From: a virus
Lineage: Duplodnaviria; Caudoviricetes
Length of the DNA: 24,167 bases
Strand: one strand, 5' to 3'
IMG/VR virus record: IMGVR_UViG_3300005805_000486
Coordinates: 1 to 24,167 of that record
Shown here: positions 10,509 through 19,188 of the stretch, piece by piece
How positions within the stretch are numbered: position 1 is the stretch's first letter
How the letters are laid out: each line of letters opens with the position of its first letter
Translations under genes and position numbers: made by a program
The notes under the pieces: model-generated
The model's input: the letters and a program-made list of their open reading frames with translations, nothing else
What the model was told of the DNA's origin: nothing
Databases searched by the model: none

Positions 10509-11656
10509 TATACTACTCCTCCTGCATCTAATGTTCCTGTTTGTGCATAATTAGTGTAAGGAACGCCACCGTCTAAATTCTGTGTAAACAAGTATATACT
10601 TTCTACTGCGCCGCCGTCAATATTAGCGCCAAGATTATATAGCCCACCTATATTGATATTAACAGTAACATCGTCACCTGTTCCACTGACTGTAACTCCA
10701 GGACCAGTAAATTTTATACTGGCAAGATTAGGTGTTATAACGGTATCATTAGCCTGTTTTACTGTTACTGTTCTACTTTCAATATTAAGATCGCCACTAG
10801 TGTCTACATAGGTTTGTGTGCCACCACGGCCTATAACTTGAAAGTTTCCTCCTATAGGGATATCAGCCTGAACACTGTCATCACCGTTTATACGAAATAC
10901 TACTTCTGGTTTATTATTAAGATTATTATAATTTAAAAAATAACTACTATCTAGTCCATCTAAAAAGTCTGCATTAACACCGGTTCCGCCTTGAGAGCCA
11001 AGAGCAAACCATACTGTTCCATCATAACCTTCAAAACTTTTATTAGTGGTATTAAAGCGAATGAGACCTTCCTGCCCTGCTGGTCTTTGTAGTGTAGATC
11101 CTAGCGGTATCTTCATAGCCTTATCACTGTTAATGACAACTAATCCTGTGCCGTTAGGGTTAATATTCATATTGCCATTAATTACAGTTCCTGATATTTG
11201 GTTTGTGGCTATCGTAGTTGCTGAAATTGTTCCTTGCACATTGGTGTCAGTAAGTAACTCTATAGAACCTGTGCCTACTGTGTCTATTTCAAAATTACTA
11301 TTGCTTTGGGTAGTTCTAATCCTATTACCTACAATTTCAATATCATCTGTTCTAAGCGGACCTCCAACAATATCTCCAACAACTGTTAATTTACCTTTAA
11401 CCAACAAGTCCTCAAACTCGCTAGGACCTGTAACTGTTAGACTACCTAGGGTAATTGTTCCTCCAGGACTTACAGTAAGAGCATCTGACCAACTACGTTG
11501 TCCTGCCACTGTGCTTGTTAGCACACTGCCGTTAACACTGGGGTTTCCTAGGTCGGGTTCTGCATTAGATAAATCAAGATAGTTGTAACGATCTGTGCTA
11601 AGTTGAGCTCCTGTTCTTTTTATAGCACGACCGCTTAATAATCTAGTATTACTCAT
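10508..11656 (-). CDS. Fibre/stalk adaptor protein (382 aa)
   Basis: IPLGSTLQRP...GLIRFNTT...FEGYDG..W and NADFLDGLDS motifs common in phage fibres; shares PNGTG and GDDS modules with neighbours. Confidence 0.7.
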   Translation of the reverse strand: MSNTRLLSGRAIKRTGAQLSTDRYNYLDLSNAEPDLGNPSVNGSVLTSTVAGQRSWSDALTVSPGGTITLGSLTVTGPSEFEDLLVKGKLTVVGDIVGGPLRTDDIEIVGNRIRTTQSNSNFEIDTVGTGSIELLTDTNVQGTISATTIATNQISGTVINGNMNINPNGTGLVVINSDKAMKIPLGSTLQRPAGQEGLIRFNTTNKSFEGYDGTVWFALGSQGGTGVNADFLDGLDSSYFLNYNNLNNKPEVVFRINGDDSVQADIPIGGNFQVIGRGGTQTYVDTSGDLNIESRTVTVKQANDTVITPNLASIKFTGPGVTVSGTGDDVTVNINIGGLYNLGANIDGGAVESIYLFTQNLDGGVPYTNYAQTGTLDAGGVV

Positions 11657-11987
11657 TACTTGTTTCCAATAAACTTAAAACTAAATTCAATGTGCTATTT
11701 GCACTGGCAAACGCTCTAACACTTGAACCTTCTTCAACTACCAATTTGCCTGTGGTCGCTTCTGCTGCATCGTTAGGTGGCACAATAAATTCTTTTAACA
11801 TTACATAATCCACACTATTCTTTCGTAGAATAAATGTCACTGTGGCAGGAAGCACACCAATGTTACTGACCTGCGCTCCTAATATAATAGCAGTAAGGCC
11901 AGTTGGTGTAGTATATATTGTAGAATCTGTTGTGGTTAATTCTACAGGTTTTGTTCTGAACGTGTTTAATGGCAATGCTGTAGCCAA
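11649..11987 (-). CDS. Small beta-sandwich virion protein (112 aa), TTG start
   Basis: GGAGAA SD before TTG; IYT.P......I.G.QVSN...GKLVVE.G pattern of small phage structural proteins. Confidence 0.65.
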   Translation of the reverse strand: MATALPLNTFRTKPVELTTTDSTIYTTPTGLTAIILGAQVSNIGVLPATVTFILRKNSVDYVMLKEFIVPPNDAAEATTGKLVVEEGSSVRAFASANSTLNLVLSLLETSNE

Positions 11988-11988
11988 G

Positions 11989-14583
11989 TTATTCTCCGAT
12001 TGCTAATATATAAGGTGTTACAATGGCAAACAAACTTCGAGTAAATGTTCTACCGCTGATAGTGCCTAATCTACGATTAATCACAAGATCCTCACCAATC
12101 CTAAAATCTCCTTCTTGATCGGTGCTGGTAAAATTAACCTTTCCACCATTAAGTTCTACCACTTCATTAACTTGAACAGCCACGCCACCTTGATAGGGCA
12201 ATGCTGTATTTACATTAACCCCAGCACCAACCCATTCGAAGGTTTGGTTACTGGCTGTAATTTTACTAAATTGATGAAAAGAAATAGCCGTATTATCAGC
12301 CACAGGGTTGACAATTCTAGGATAAACTTCGATCTGACTAGTATAAGCATTTTCCACAAGATTTATCACAATATTAAACAATGCATCGCTGACTGTGACT
12401 TCTGCTCCGGTGGCTGCTGCTGTGCTAGTATTTTGCACGACAGTATTTTGTAGTGCTGTGACCACAGTGTTAACCAAGCATTGTGCTGCTATAGTTTTAA
12501 GGTAGGAGAAAGTTGCTGCTGTGGCAGTTCTTTCCCCTGCGGGTATTTGTAGTGTTCCTCCGCTATAATACTCGTCACCTGCGTCCACAGTTTGACTATT
12601 TCCTCCGTAGAGTAAATCATAGGTTATAGCATTTACCATAAATCTAATATCGGCCTGGCATTTACTTTGATTATAAGTTAACGTAGGGTAGTTTGCTGAA
12701 ATATAAGCAATACCCTCGGCAACCAAAAACTCTTTGTTGGATTGTAGTATTTGTTTGGCGTTGCTTTTTCCTGTGGCTACACCTATTGGATTGTTATAGA
12801 TTAACAAAGGTGCAGGATTACCTTGTAGTATGCTTATAATAATATCAAAGTTATTGCTAACTGCTGTGTATTCGGCACCTGGCGTAGCAATAATCTCTAG
12901 GACCTTAGTCTTAGCAAAGTTTATTGCGGAAACTGTTTCTGTTAACTGGTCATTGATTACCACACTGGCGCTGGCTCTATAATAACTAAGACCAGCAAGT
13001 ATGGACTTATAGTTGGTGCCAAATACCATATCATCTAATACAGCATCTATAATTATGCCAACATCTCTACTACACTTAAAATTATTATAGTTTAAATCGA
13101 TGTAGGTTTCGTTTAGAAAATCTATAGTATCGATTTGAATTTTAGTTTTATAATCTAACACATTACTTCTAATATTCTTTGCCTGTGCAGGCTGCGGTGT
13201 AAAATCAGGGCCTTGTATGGCACTGATACCATCATTTAAAGGATGTATTCCGTTAGTAGATAACACTTCATATACTGTAGTATCACCTGCAAATTTAAAA
13301 GCATCGCCTACATTTGGAATTTGTGTAAGATTATCTATTAAAATTGTAGACCCAAGAGCAGCCCCGTTAGTCTTTGCTGTATACAATGCGGAACTTAGGC
13401 CATCTGCCTTTAAACCTACATTACCAAAACTGCTGTTACTGTTAGTTAGGCTACAAAAACCACCGCTCTCGGCTAAAATTGCAGTATCACAACATATGGT
13501 AAACACGCTGACCAACTGAGCATTACCTCTGTTTTTCATATGTATACCAATACCGCCTTGGTTATATTGTGTGTAAGCATCAACTACAAAACTCTTAAGC
13601 CCTTGACTATGTGCTCCATCAATTCTTAATCCTGTCCCTGTAGTAGTCATACTAGTGCAGTTTTGAACATATGGACTTGTGTGTATCGCACCGGCACTTC
13701 CATCTGTAGGAAACGCCACTGCTGCTGAAGGATATTCGTGATCCTTAAAAGTCATATGAGCCAAATATACTCCATTAGTCACCCAAAATAAATCCTGTGT
13801 TTTGTAATAAGGTCTAACAGTAACGCTGCGAAGATTATCTCCTACAATGCTAACACCTTCAGGAACTATTATAGGATTTAATTCTGTATAATCTCCACTC
13901 TTTACAAAAATTGTTGTTCCGTAACTGGCTGCGGCCACGGCATTTTTTATAGTAAGTTTACTAGTGTTTAAACTTGTTCCATTTTGTGTATCACTGCCAC
14001 TCTTGCTTACATATAAAACATTGGCCACGGCACTAGGACTAGCAACGATACTGTCAACATAAGCCTTAGTAACTGCATCAGTTGCATCCACTGGTGTAGC
14101 CAAGTTGCTAATTCTGGCATTATTAACATTTACAGTGCCGTTACCATTTACTCTTAGTTCTAAGTCACTGTTACTATTGGTTGTTTGTATAACATTATCA
14201 TCAATGAGGATATTGCCATTAAAGAACTGTGCTGCATTAATATTACGCCATTGTAGATCTGGCTTGCCTATATCAAATATGTTATTTTGGCTAGGAATTA
14301 AATCGCCGTCTAATCTGCCAAATATATTGATTGTATCGCCAGCACTGTTACCTAATTGTGTGTCGCCATTAACAATGAGATTGCCATTGACAGTGAGATT
14401 GCCTGGTAAGATTTGATTGCCGCCACCTCCGCCAGTAAGTATGATGCCCCCAGGTGTTACACCGTCGCCTACTCTAATTGTGTTATCATCACTATGATAC
14501 CATAGCACACCAGGCCGTTCTATCCTAGTGGCACCATCGCCATAATTGCGTCTACTGGTAAAGAAATCTTGGGTAAAGGACAT
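11989..14583 (-). CDS. Virion-type beta-helix spike/fibre protein (864 aa) with two inserted phycobiliprotein-like (globin-fold) domains
   Basis: ATG at 14583 after AAGGAG; N-terminal LWY..D.NTIRVGDG.TPGG; DAVTKAYVD neck; YVSKSGSD..NG...TIK.A...TIFVKSGDY.E beta-helix; helical repeats KCSRDVG and KCQADIR. Confidence 0.75.
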   Translation of the reverse strand: MSFTQDFFTSRRNYGDGATRIERPGVLWYHSDDNTIRVGDGVTPGGIILTGGGGGNQILPGNLTVNGNLIVNGDTQLGNSAGDTINIFGRLDGDLIPSQNNIFDIGKPDLQWRNINAAQFFNGNILIDDNVIQTTNSNSDLELRVNGNGTVNVNNARISNLATPVDATDAVTKAYVDSIVASPSAVANVLYVSKSGSDTQNGTSLNTSKLTIKNAVAAASYGTTIFVKSGDYTELNPIIVPEGVSIVGDNLRSVTVRPYYKTQDLFWVTNGVYLAHMTFKDHEYPSAAVAFPTDGSAGAIHTSPYVQNCTSMTTTGTGLRIDGAHSQGLKSFVVDAYTQYNQGGIGIHMKNRGNAQLVSVFTICCDTAILAESGGFCSLTNSNSSFGNVGLKADGLSSALYTAKTNGAALGSTILIDNLTQIPNVGDAFKFAGDTTVYEVLSTNGIHPLNDGISAIQGPDFTPQPAQAKNIRSNVLDYKTKIQIDTIDFLNETYIDLNYNNFKCSRDVGIIIDAVLDDMVFGTNYKSILAGLSYYRASASVVINDQLTETVSAINFAKTKVLEIIATPGAEYTAVSNNFDIIISILQGNPAPLLIYNNPIGVATGKSNAKQILQSNKEFLVAEGIAYISANYPTLTYNQSKCQADIRFMVNAITYDLLYGGNSQTVDAGDEYYSGGTLQIPAGERTATAATFSYLKTIAAQCLVNTVVTALQNTVVQNTSTAAATGAEVTVSDALFNIVINLVENAYTSQIEVYPRIVNPVADNTAISFHQFSKITASNQTFEWVGAGVNVNTALPYQGGVAVQVNEVVELNGGKVNFTSTDQEGDFRIGEDLVINRRLGTISGRTFTRSLFAIVTPYILAIGE

Positions 14584-14612
14584 CAATCCGCTCCTTACCA
14601 GTATTTATCAGA

Positions 14613-15011
14613 CTATTTTTGTTGGGCTGATTCGTAAACTTTGGTTAATTCGTCAAAGTCGCTGCTTAAATCGTAGACAGTTTTATCTTCGTTAATATGT
14701 GCTGGATTGCCTGCTTCGTCGCCGAATCCATCTTGTGGGCCGTGTTCGCTGTCAGCACCATTGTTATCCAGGATTTGATTGAGCACTGTGCTGCGCTTGC
14801 CTGACTTATGCTTTTCTAGTTCCAGTAATTGTTGTCCTGGAAACACCCATACAGGATCTTCAGGCAGTTCGCCTTCATTGTAAATGGCTTCTTTAGGATC
14901 TATGGCCGTAGTCGATACCTGCGGGTCGCCACCTCCACTAGGTATGGTGATATTGATAGGAATGTTTATAGTTACAGTTTTATCTTCTGTTAAAAAATCA
15001 CGGGCTCGCAT
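14613..15011 (-). CDS. Acidic hypothetical protein, possible head-packaged protein (132 aa)
   Basis: N-terminal MRARDFLTE resembles T4 capsid-targeting leaders; TAAATA 5 nt upstream. Confidence 0.65.
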   Translation of the reverse strand: MRARDFLTEDKTVTINIPINITIPSGGGDPQVSTTAIDPKEAIYNEGELPEDPVWVFPGQQLLELEKHKSGKRSTVLNQILDNNGADSEHGPQDGFGDEAGNPAHINEDKTVYDLSSDFDELTKVYESAQQK

Positions 15012-15023
15012 ATGTGTATTTAG

Positions 15024-16367
15024 TTAAACTAAGTCGTGCCAATTCAAACTTCCATAGACTACCCCACCAGTTACAAGATGCCTTGTTGCTAGAGTAATAG
15101 TATCACTGGTAGGAGTTTGATCTCTGCCTAATTGTTGTTCCCAGTTATATTCTATTTCTTGAGTTCTTAGGTTATTACTTTGATTACTACTGGCAAAGAA
15201 GCCACTGTCTTCTATTGTGCCTCCTGCCATACTAGTCGCAGACACATTGTATTCTACATTGCCGCCACTATCAGTATGTGCTACCCAGGCACCTCCAGTG
15301 ATTGTGGCATTTCTGATAATAGCATATTCATATAGGCTGTTATTACCGTCACCTGCTATATGAACAGCACCTGGTAAAATCACAGCATCTTCTCTACCTG
15401 ATGCTAGCCTAATGCTTACCACAGGGGCCCATCCTGAGGCCACTGCGGTTGATGCTATGGCTGTAGTTCTTGTGGCTCGCCACTGTCTTGTTCTTGCTTC
15501 ATATCCACCTTCACTCATAGCACTAGCACAGATTTGTAGCATAGTGCTAGATGCTGAAGTTGCTGCGGTATTCTCTATTTCGTATCGTATGGGCAGAGTA
15601 GCAGTAGTCATATATACACTGCTTAATATATTAGCGTGGTGAAATACGTGACATACAATAAACTGTCCGTTTATAACAAACCCACAGCGAACACTGCCTA
15701 CTCCTAGCCACTCTATGTCTGTCCAAAATATCTGTGCTTTGGTAGTATCTAGCGTAATACCACTGATGCCTGTGCCGTCTAACTTATCTACATTCCAGTT
15801 AGCCTGAGCAATCCTTTCACTGGTATCATCTACACTGCCAGAAGTGTTCTTTCTTATTACTAGATAACGTGATGTATTATCCTGCTCAAAGTATACACCA
15901 TTAGTAGATTTAAAATATCCTACACGCTGTCTAAGATTGGCTTTAGCTGGTGCCATTACAAACGTCACTAGAATTAGCAAACTTTTACCAGGTTGATAAG
16001 CAAATACTCTATATGTTTCTCTATAAACTTTGTCGCCGCTGGCCGTACCCACTGTCATTAATATGCTACTTTGATAGGTATCATAACTGGTAGTGCCCGC
16101 GCCTGCTGTCACTGTGCTAAATTTTCCATTATCTTTGTAACGATGAGCACTGTCAAACAGTGTTACTGGATTACTGATTCTCAGTCTTCCAAATGCGTCG
16201 GAACTGGCGCTGATATTGCCCAGTGTATTAAATCCTGTGCCGCCGATGTTATTGACTCTAAGCACCGGTTGTCCACTGGCATCATACTCCATTGCGTAGT
16301 GAACGCTATAAAGGTGGCTTTCTTGTGGGTGACTATAATTAGTGCTGTTATTTTCTAAACGACTCAA
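15024..16367 (-). CDS. Conserved phage protein, predicted lectin/jelly-roll-like beta fold (447 aa)
   Basis: DAFGRLRISNP.TLFDS, YQPGKS, EWLGVG.VR.GF, TATLPIRYEI motifs seen in large-phage proteins; TTG start overlapping the upstream TGA; start uncertain. Confidence 0.65.
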   Translation of the reverse strand: MSRLENNSTNYSHPQESHLYSVHYAMEYDASGQPVLRVNNIGGTGFNTLGNISASSDAFGRLRISNPVTLFDSAHRYKDNGKFSTVTAGAGTTSYDTYQSSILMTVGTASGDKVYRETYRVFAYQPGKSLLILVTFVMAPAKANLRQRVGYFKSTNGVYFEQDNTSRYLVIRKNTSGSVDDTSERIAQANWNVDKLDGTGISGITLDTTKAQIFWTDIEWLGVGSVRCGFVINGQFIVCHVFHHANILSSVYMTTATLPIRYEIENTAATSASSTMLQICASAMSEGGYEARTRQWRATRTTAIASTAVASGWAPVVSIRLASGREDAVILPGAVHIAGDGNNSLYEYAIIRNATITGGAWVAHTDSGGNVEYNVSATSMAGGTIEDSGFFASSNQSNNLRTQEIEYNWEQQLGRDQTPTSDTITLATRHLVTGGVVYGSLNWHDLV

Positions 16368-16588
16368 GCCCAGGGCCTTCCTGCCAATAATCCGCCTGTG
16401 TTAGCATTGTTTTCTAGTGTATTATCTGCTTTATATTTGGTAGGTAATTGACTTATGTCTGCGGATGTATCTGAGTATCTACCAGGTTCTACTAGATTAC
16501 GATCTGCTCTATCCTGTCCGGCCAATGCTAATTTTGCTTCTTGTCTTAGTTTTTTATTGGCCAATGTTGAAATACCGTTTGCTGCCAT
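16364..16588 (-). CDS. Small hypothetical protein (74 aa, MAANGIST...GRPW)
   Basis: ATG at 16588 overlaps the upstream TAA (TAATG) and has a GGAG SD. Confidence 0.7.
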   Translation of the reverse strand: MAANGISTLANKKLRQEAKLALAGQDRADRNLVEPGRYSDTSADISQLPTKYKADNTLENNANTGGLLAGRPWA

Positions 16589-16887
16589 TATGCTCTCCAT
16601 TGTGCTCCAGGATACATACTAGGAGCATTGGTTCTAATATCTGCTGGATGTTTGCTCTTATGGACGTCATCACCACTGGCAATAACGGCATCTACATCTG
16701 CATATTGTGGATTAGGTTCGTTGGCCAATACACTCATTTCTCCGTTAGGCACAAGCCCTGCAATTTGTTTAAGACGAGGAATATCAGCATCGGTATAGCC
16801 AATGGGCTGATCATCTGGCACGAATTGCTCCGGGTCGATTTGATCTAGTGTATCTAAAAATGCTCTAATAATTTCGGCAATCTGCAT
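16588..16887 (-). CDS. Acidic hypothetical protein, possible head-packaged protein (99 aa)
   Basis: MQIAEII leader; TAAATA 18 nt upstream. Confidence 0.7.
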   Translation of the reverse strand: MQIAEIIRAFLDTLDQIDPEQFVPDDQPIGYTDADIPRLKQIAGLVPNGEMSVLANEPNPQYADVDAVIASGDDVHKSKHPADIRTNAPSMYPGAQWRA

Positions 16888-16904
16888 AATTTTTCCAATA
16901 TGCT

Positions 16905-16922
16905 ATATTTAGTGTTAAATAT
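16905..16922. promoter_or_regulatory. Back-to-back TAAATA late-promoter-like motifs (ATATTTA-GTGT-TAAATAT)
   Basis: Inverted repeat in the 39-nt divergent gap between 16887(-) and hemA 16927(+); same hexamer precedes many other genes. Confidence 0.6.
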
Positions 16923-16926
16923 CGTT

Positions 16927-18126
16927 ATGATAAACAAACAGCCATTCAGCGACTTAATTAAAAATTTAAAAGACACAGGCAAATACAGAGTGTTCAACGA
17001 TATAGTAAGGGAAAACGGCCGATTCCCTAGAGCAATATGGTATGGTCCTTATGCTATTAAAAACATCGTTAACTGGTGCTCTAACGACTATCTCGGTATG
17101 GGTCAGCACAAGGTCGTCATAGACGCAATGCACACCGCCCTGGACCACACAGGCACAGGATCGGGAGGAACTAGAAATATAGGCGGCACTAGCCACTACC
17201 ACGTTGCACTAGAATACGAATTAGCCACACTACACAGTAAGGCCAAGGCGCTGCTATTCAGCAGTGCCTACGTGGCCAATGAATGGACATTAATTGCTCT
17301 AAGCAAAATTGTGCCTAATATTGAGTTTATATCAGACAGTAATAATCATAACAGTCTCATTGTTGGCATCAATCATAGTCGTGCTGCTAAAAGTATATTC
17401 CGGCACAATGATATGGAAATGCTGGAGCAGATGCTTAAGGCCAGTAGAGAAGCAGGACATACACCTTGTATAGTATTTGAATCAGTTTATAGTATGGACG
17501 GTGATGTGGGTCATATTAAGGAAGTAGTTCAACTGGCTGATCGTTATGAAGCAATGACCTACTTAGACGAAGTTCACGCTGTGGGGCTATATGGCTATCA
17601 CGGGGCAGGAAAATTAGAAGAACTCGGTCTACAAGATCGCATTGACATAGTTAATGGAACCTTGGGAAAAGCGTTTGGGGTGCAGGGTGGCTACATTGCT
17701 GGCGATGCTGTGGTAATTGATGCTATTAGATCAGTAGCAGCAGGATTTATCTTTACTACATCAATGAGCCCGGTAACCTGTGCAGGGGCCTTGGCTGCTG
17801 TAAAATATCTAAAAGATCATAACGAACTTAGACAACGACATCAACTTAGAGCACAGCAACTAAAAGATAAACTCATAGAACACCAGCTACCTTTGATGCA
17901 GTGTAGCACTACTCATATTGTGCCAGTGCTTGTAGGTGAAGCTAAACGATGTAAGACTATGAGTGATTATCTACTTAATGAACACGGCATTTATGTGCAG
18001 CCCATAAACTACCCCACAGTTGATGTGGGCACAGAAAGATTAAGATTCGCTCCAACACCCCTACACGACGAAGGTATGATAGAGGACTTGGTTAATGCGC
18101 TATCAGACTGTTTTACACAACCTTAG
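16927..18126 (+). CDS. hemA: 5-aminolevulinate synthase (PLP-dependent, C4/Shemin pathway)
   Basis: [58 protein letters not shown] (PLP Lys), [26 protein letters not shown]; start at 16927 preferred over 16900. Confidence 0.93.
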   Translation: MINKQPFSDLIKNLKDTGKYRVFNDIVRENGRFPRAIWYGPYAIKNIVNWCSNDYLGMGQHKVVIDAMHTALDHTGTGSGGTRNIGGTSHYHVALEYELATLHSKAKALLFSSAYVANEWTLIALSKIVPNIEFISDSNNHNSLIVGINHSRAAKSIFRHNDMEMLEQMLKASREAGHTPCIVFESVYSMDGDVGHIKEVVQLADRYEAMTYLDEVHAVGLYGYHGAGKLEELGLQDRIDIVNGTLGKAFGVQGGYIAGDAVVIDAIRSVAAGFIFTTSMSPVTCAGALAAVKYLKDHNELRQRHQLRAQQLKDKLIEHQLPLMQCSTTHIVPVLVGEAKRCKTMSDYLLNEHGIYVQPINYPTVDVGTERLRFAPTPLHDEGMIEDLVNALSDCFTQP

Positions 18127-18343
18127 ACAATAGCCAGACACTTTGAACTAGCATAGTTTTTAGTTCAATGTCGTCTGCTTCGCTGTCTAGTTTATCTGTT
18201 CGAACTAGATCCTCTAATAATGCTTTGTATTCATCAGCACTGACCTGTCCTGACTGTAGAGCATCGTGTAATTGTATGGCGTATTGAGCCCTTTGTGCAG
18301 CCCACGGTTTATTACAATTGGCAATGTTATATAATTCCTGCAT
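18113..18343 (-). CDS. Small helical hypothetical protein (76 aa)
   Basis: Abuts the upstream lipoprotein stop; overlaps hemA 3' end by 14 nt convergently. Confidence 0.65.
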   Translation of the reverse strand: MQELYNIANCNKPWAAQRAQYAIQLHDALQSGQVSADEYKALLEDLVRTDKLDSEADDIELKTMLVQSVWLLSKVV

Positions 18344-18724
18344 TTAGAATCTCCCTAAGACTGCTCGTGCTGCTCGCTCTGTTTGTGTTAGAAGTAATTC
18401 TCGCTTTAATTTACAATACATTTCACTGGCATCTTTTTCTTTAGTCCTGTCGTGAAACTCTTGCACGGTGTCTTTAATAGGCTTGATTAATCTTAGCATA
18501 TCTCTATGGTCTCTGCCTTGACTGTATAGTTCAAACCATTCTACATTACGCAGTATTCTCTGTGCCTGTGGATAGTGTGGCTGCTTACAGTCTAGGTAGG
18601 CCACTTCCATTCTTACATCTGTAATACGCTGTGCTTGATTGGCATCCCAGAAACTGGGAATATAGTCCTTGATAGTGCTGCATCCTGCAAGAGCAATGAC
18701 GAGCACAAAGACCAAGGATCTCAT
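18344..18724 (-). CDS. Putative lipoprotein (126 aa)
   Basis: MRSLVFVLVIALAGC: basic N-terminus, hydrophobic core, LAGC lipobox; ATG coupled to the upstream TAA. Confidence 0.75.
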   Translation of the reverse strand: MRSLVFVLVIALAGCSTIKDYIPSFWDANQAQRITDVRMEVAYLDCKQPHYPQAQRILRNVEWFELYSQGRDHRDMLRLIKPIKDTVQEFHDRTKEKDASEMYCKLKRELLLTQTERAARAVLGRF

Positions 18725-19158
18725 TAGTTGCACCAACTCTGTTTGGCTTCTCCGTAATACTCGCGAGCGAAGCCGTTCTTGATTAATTCTGCTCTTAGGC
18801 TTACACCATTTAGTATCATATCACCTAATACACGCCCACCAAACTTGTCCCACCCATAAAGAACAACCTGATGTTTTTGTGTAGTAGCAACTGCGTTTTT
18901 AGTAAATGCTGTCGCAGCCTGCCCACGCTGATCTTCACTTGGGCATTGAGCACGGAATCCTTTTTCAGGAGTATCAACACCATAGATCCTAACTGCCAGT
19001 TCAGGCTTAAGGGGTGCTGGCAAATATGGTGCTGCTATAACCACTGTATCACCGTCATTTACTCTTACAATTTTTGCATCATATAATACGCCTTGTGGCT
19101 GCTTTTGTGCCCAGGCTAACAAGGGAAGTAGGGCTAGTAATACTAGTAGTCGTTTCAT
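18724..19158 (-). CDS. Thermonuclease (staphylococcal nuclease family) with signal peptide
   Basis: RV.DGDT, VRIYGVDTPE, DKFGGRVLG, LIKNGFA motifs; MKRLLVLLALLPLLAWA Sec signal; GGAG SD. Confidence 0.9.
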   Translation of the reverse strand: MKRLLVLLALLPLLAWAQKQPQGVLYDAKIVRVNDGDTVVIAAPYLPAPLKPELAVRIYGVDTPEKGFRAQCPSEDQRGQAATAFTKNAVATTQKHQVVLYGWDKFGGRVLGDMILNGVSLRAELIKNGFAREYYGEAKQSWCN

Positions 19159-19188
19159 TTATCGCTCCATTAAACTACTACTATTTAC

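Noticed and set aside
5015-14416. Numerous plus-strand ORFs (e.g. 5433-5990, 8577-9194, 11046-11582, 13217-13519)
   Set aside because: Antisense shadows of long repetitive minus-strand genes with biased codon use; no SD or recognisable domains
16900-18126. BioF/Kbl/serine palmitoyltransferase assignment and the 16900 start
   Set aside because: [15 protein letters not shown] and GFIFTT motifs favour ALAS; the extra nine N-terminal codons overlap the divergent promoter motifs
18113-18724. Spanin/lysis cassette
   Set aside because: A lipoprotein is present but no adjacent inner-membrane coiled-coil i-spanin, holin or endolysin was recognised
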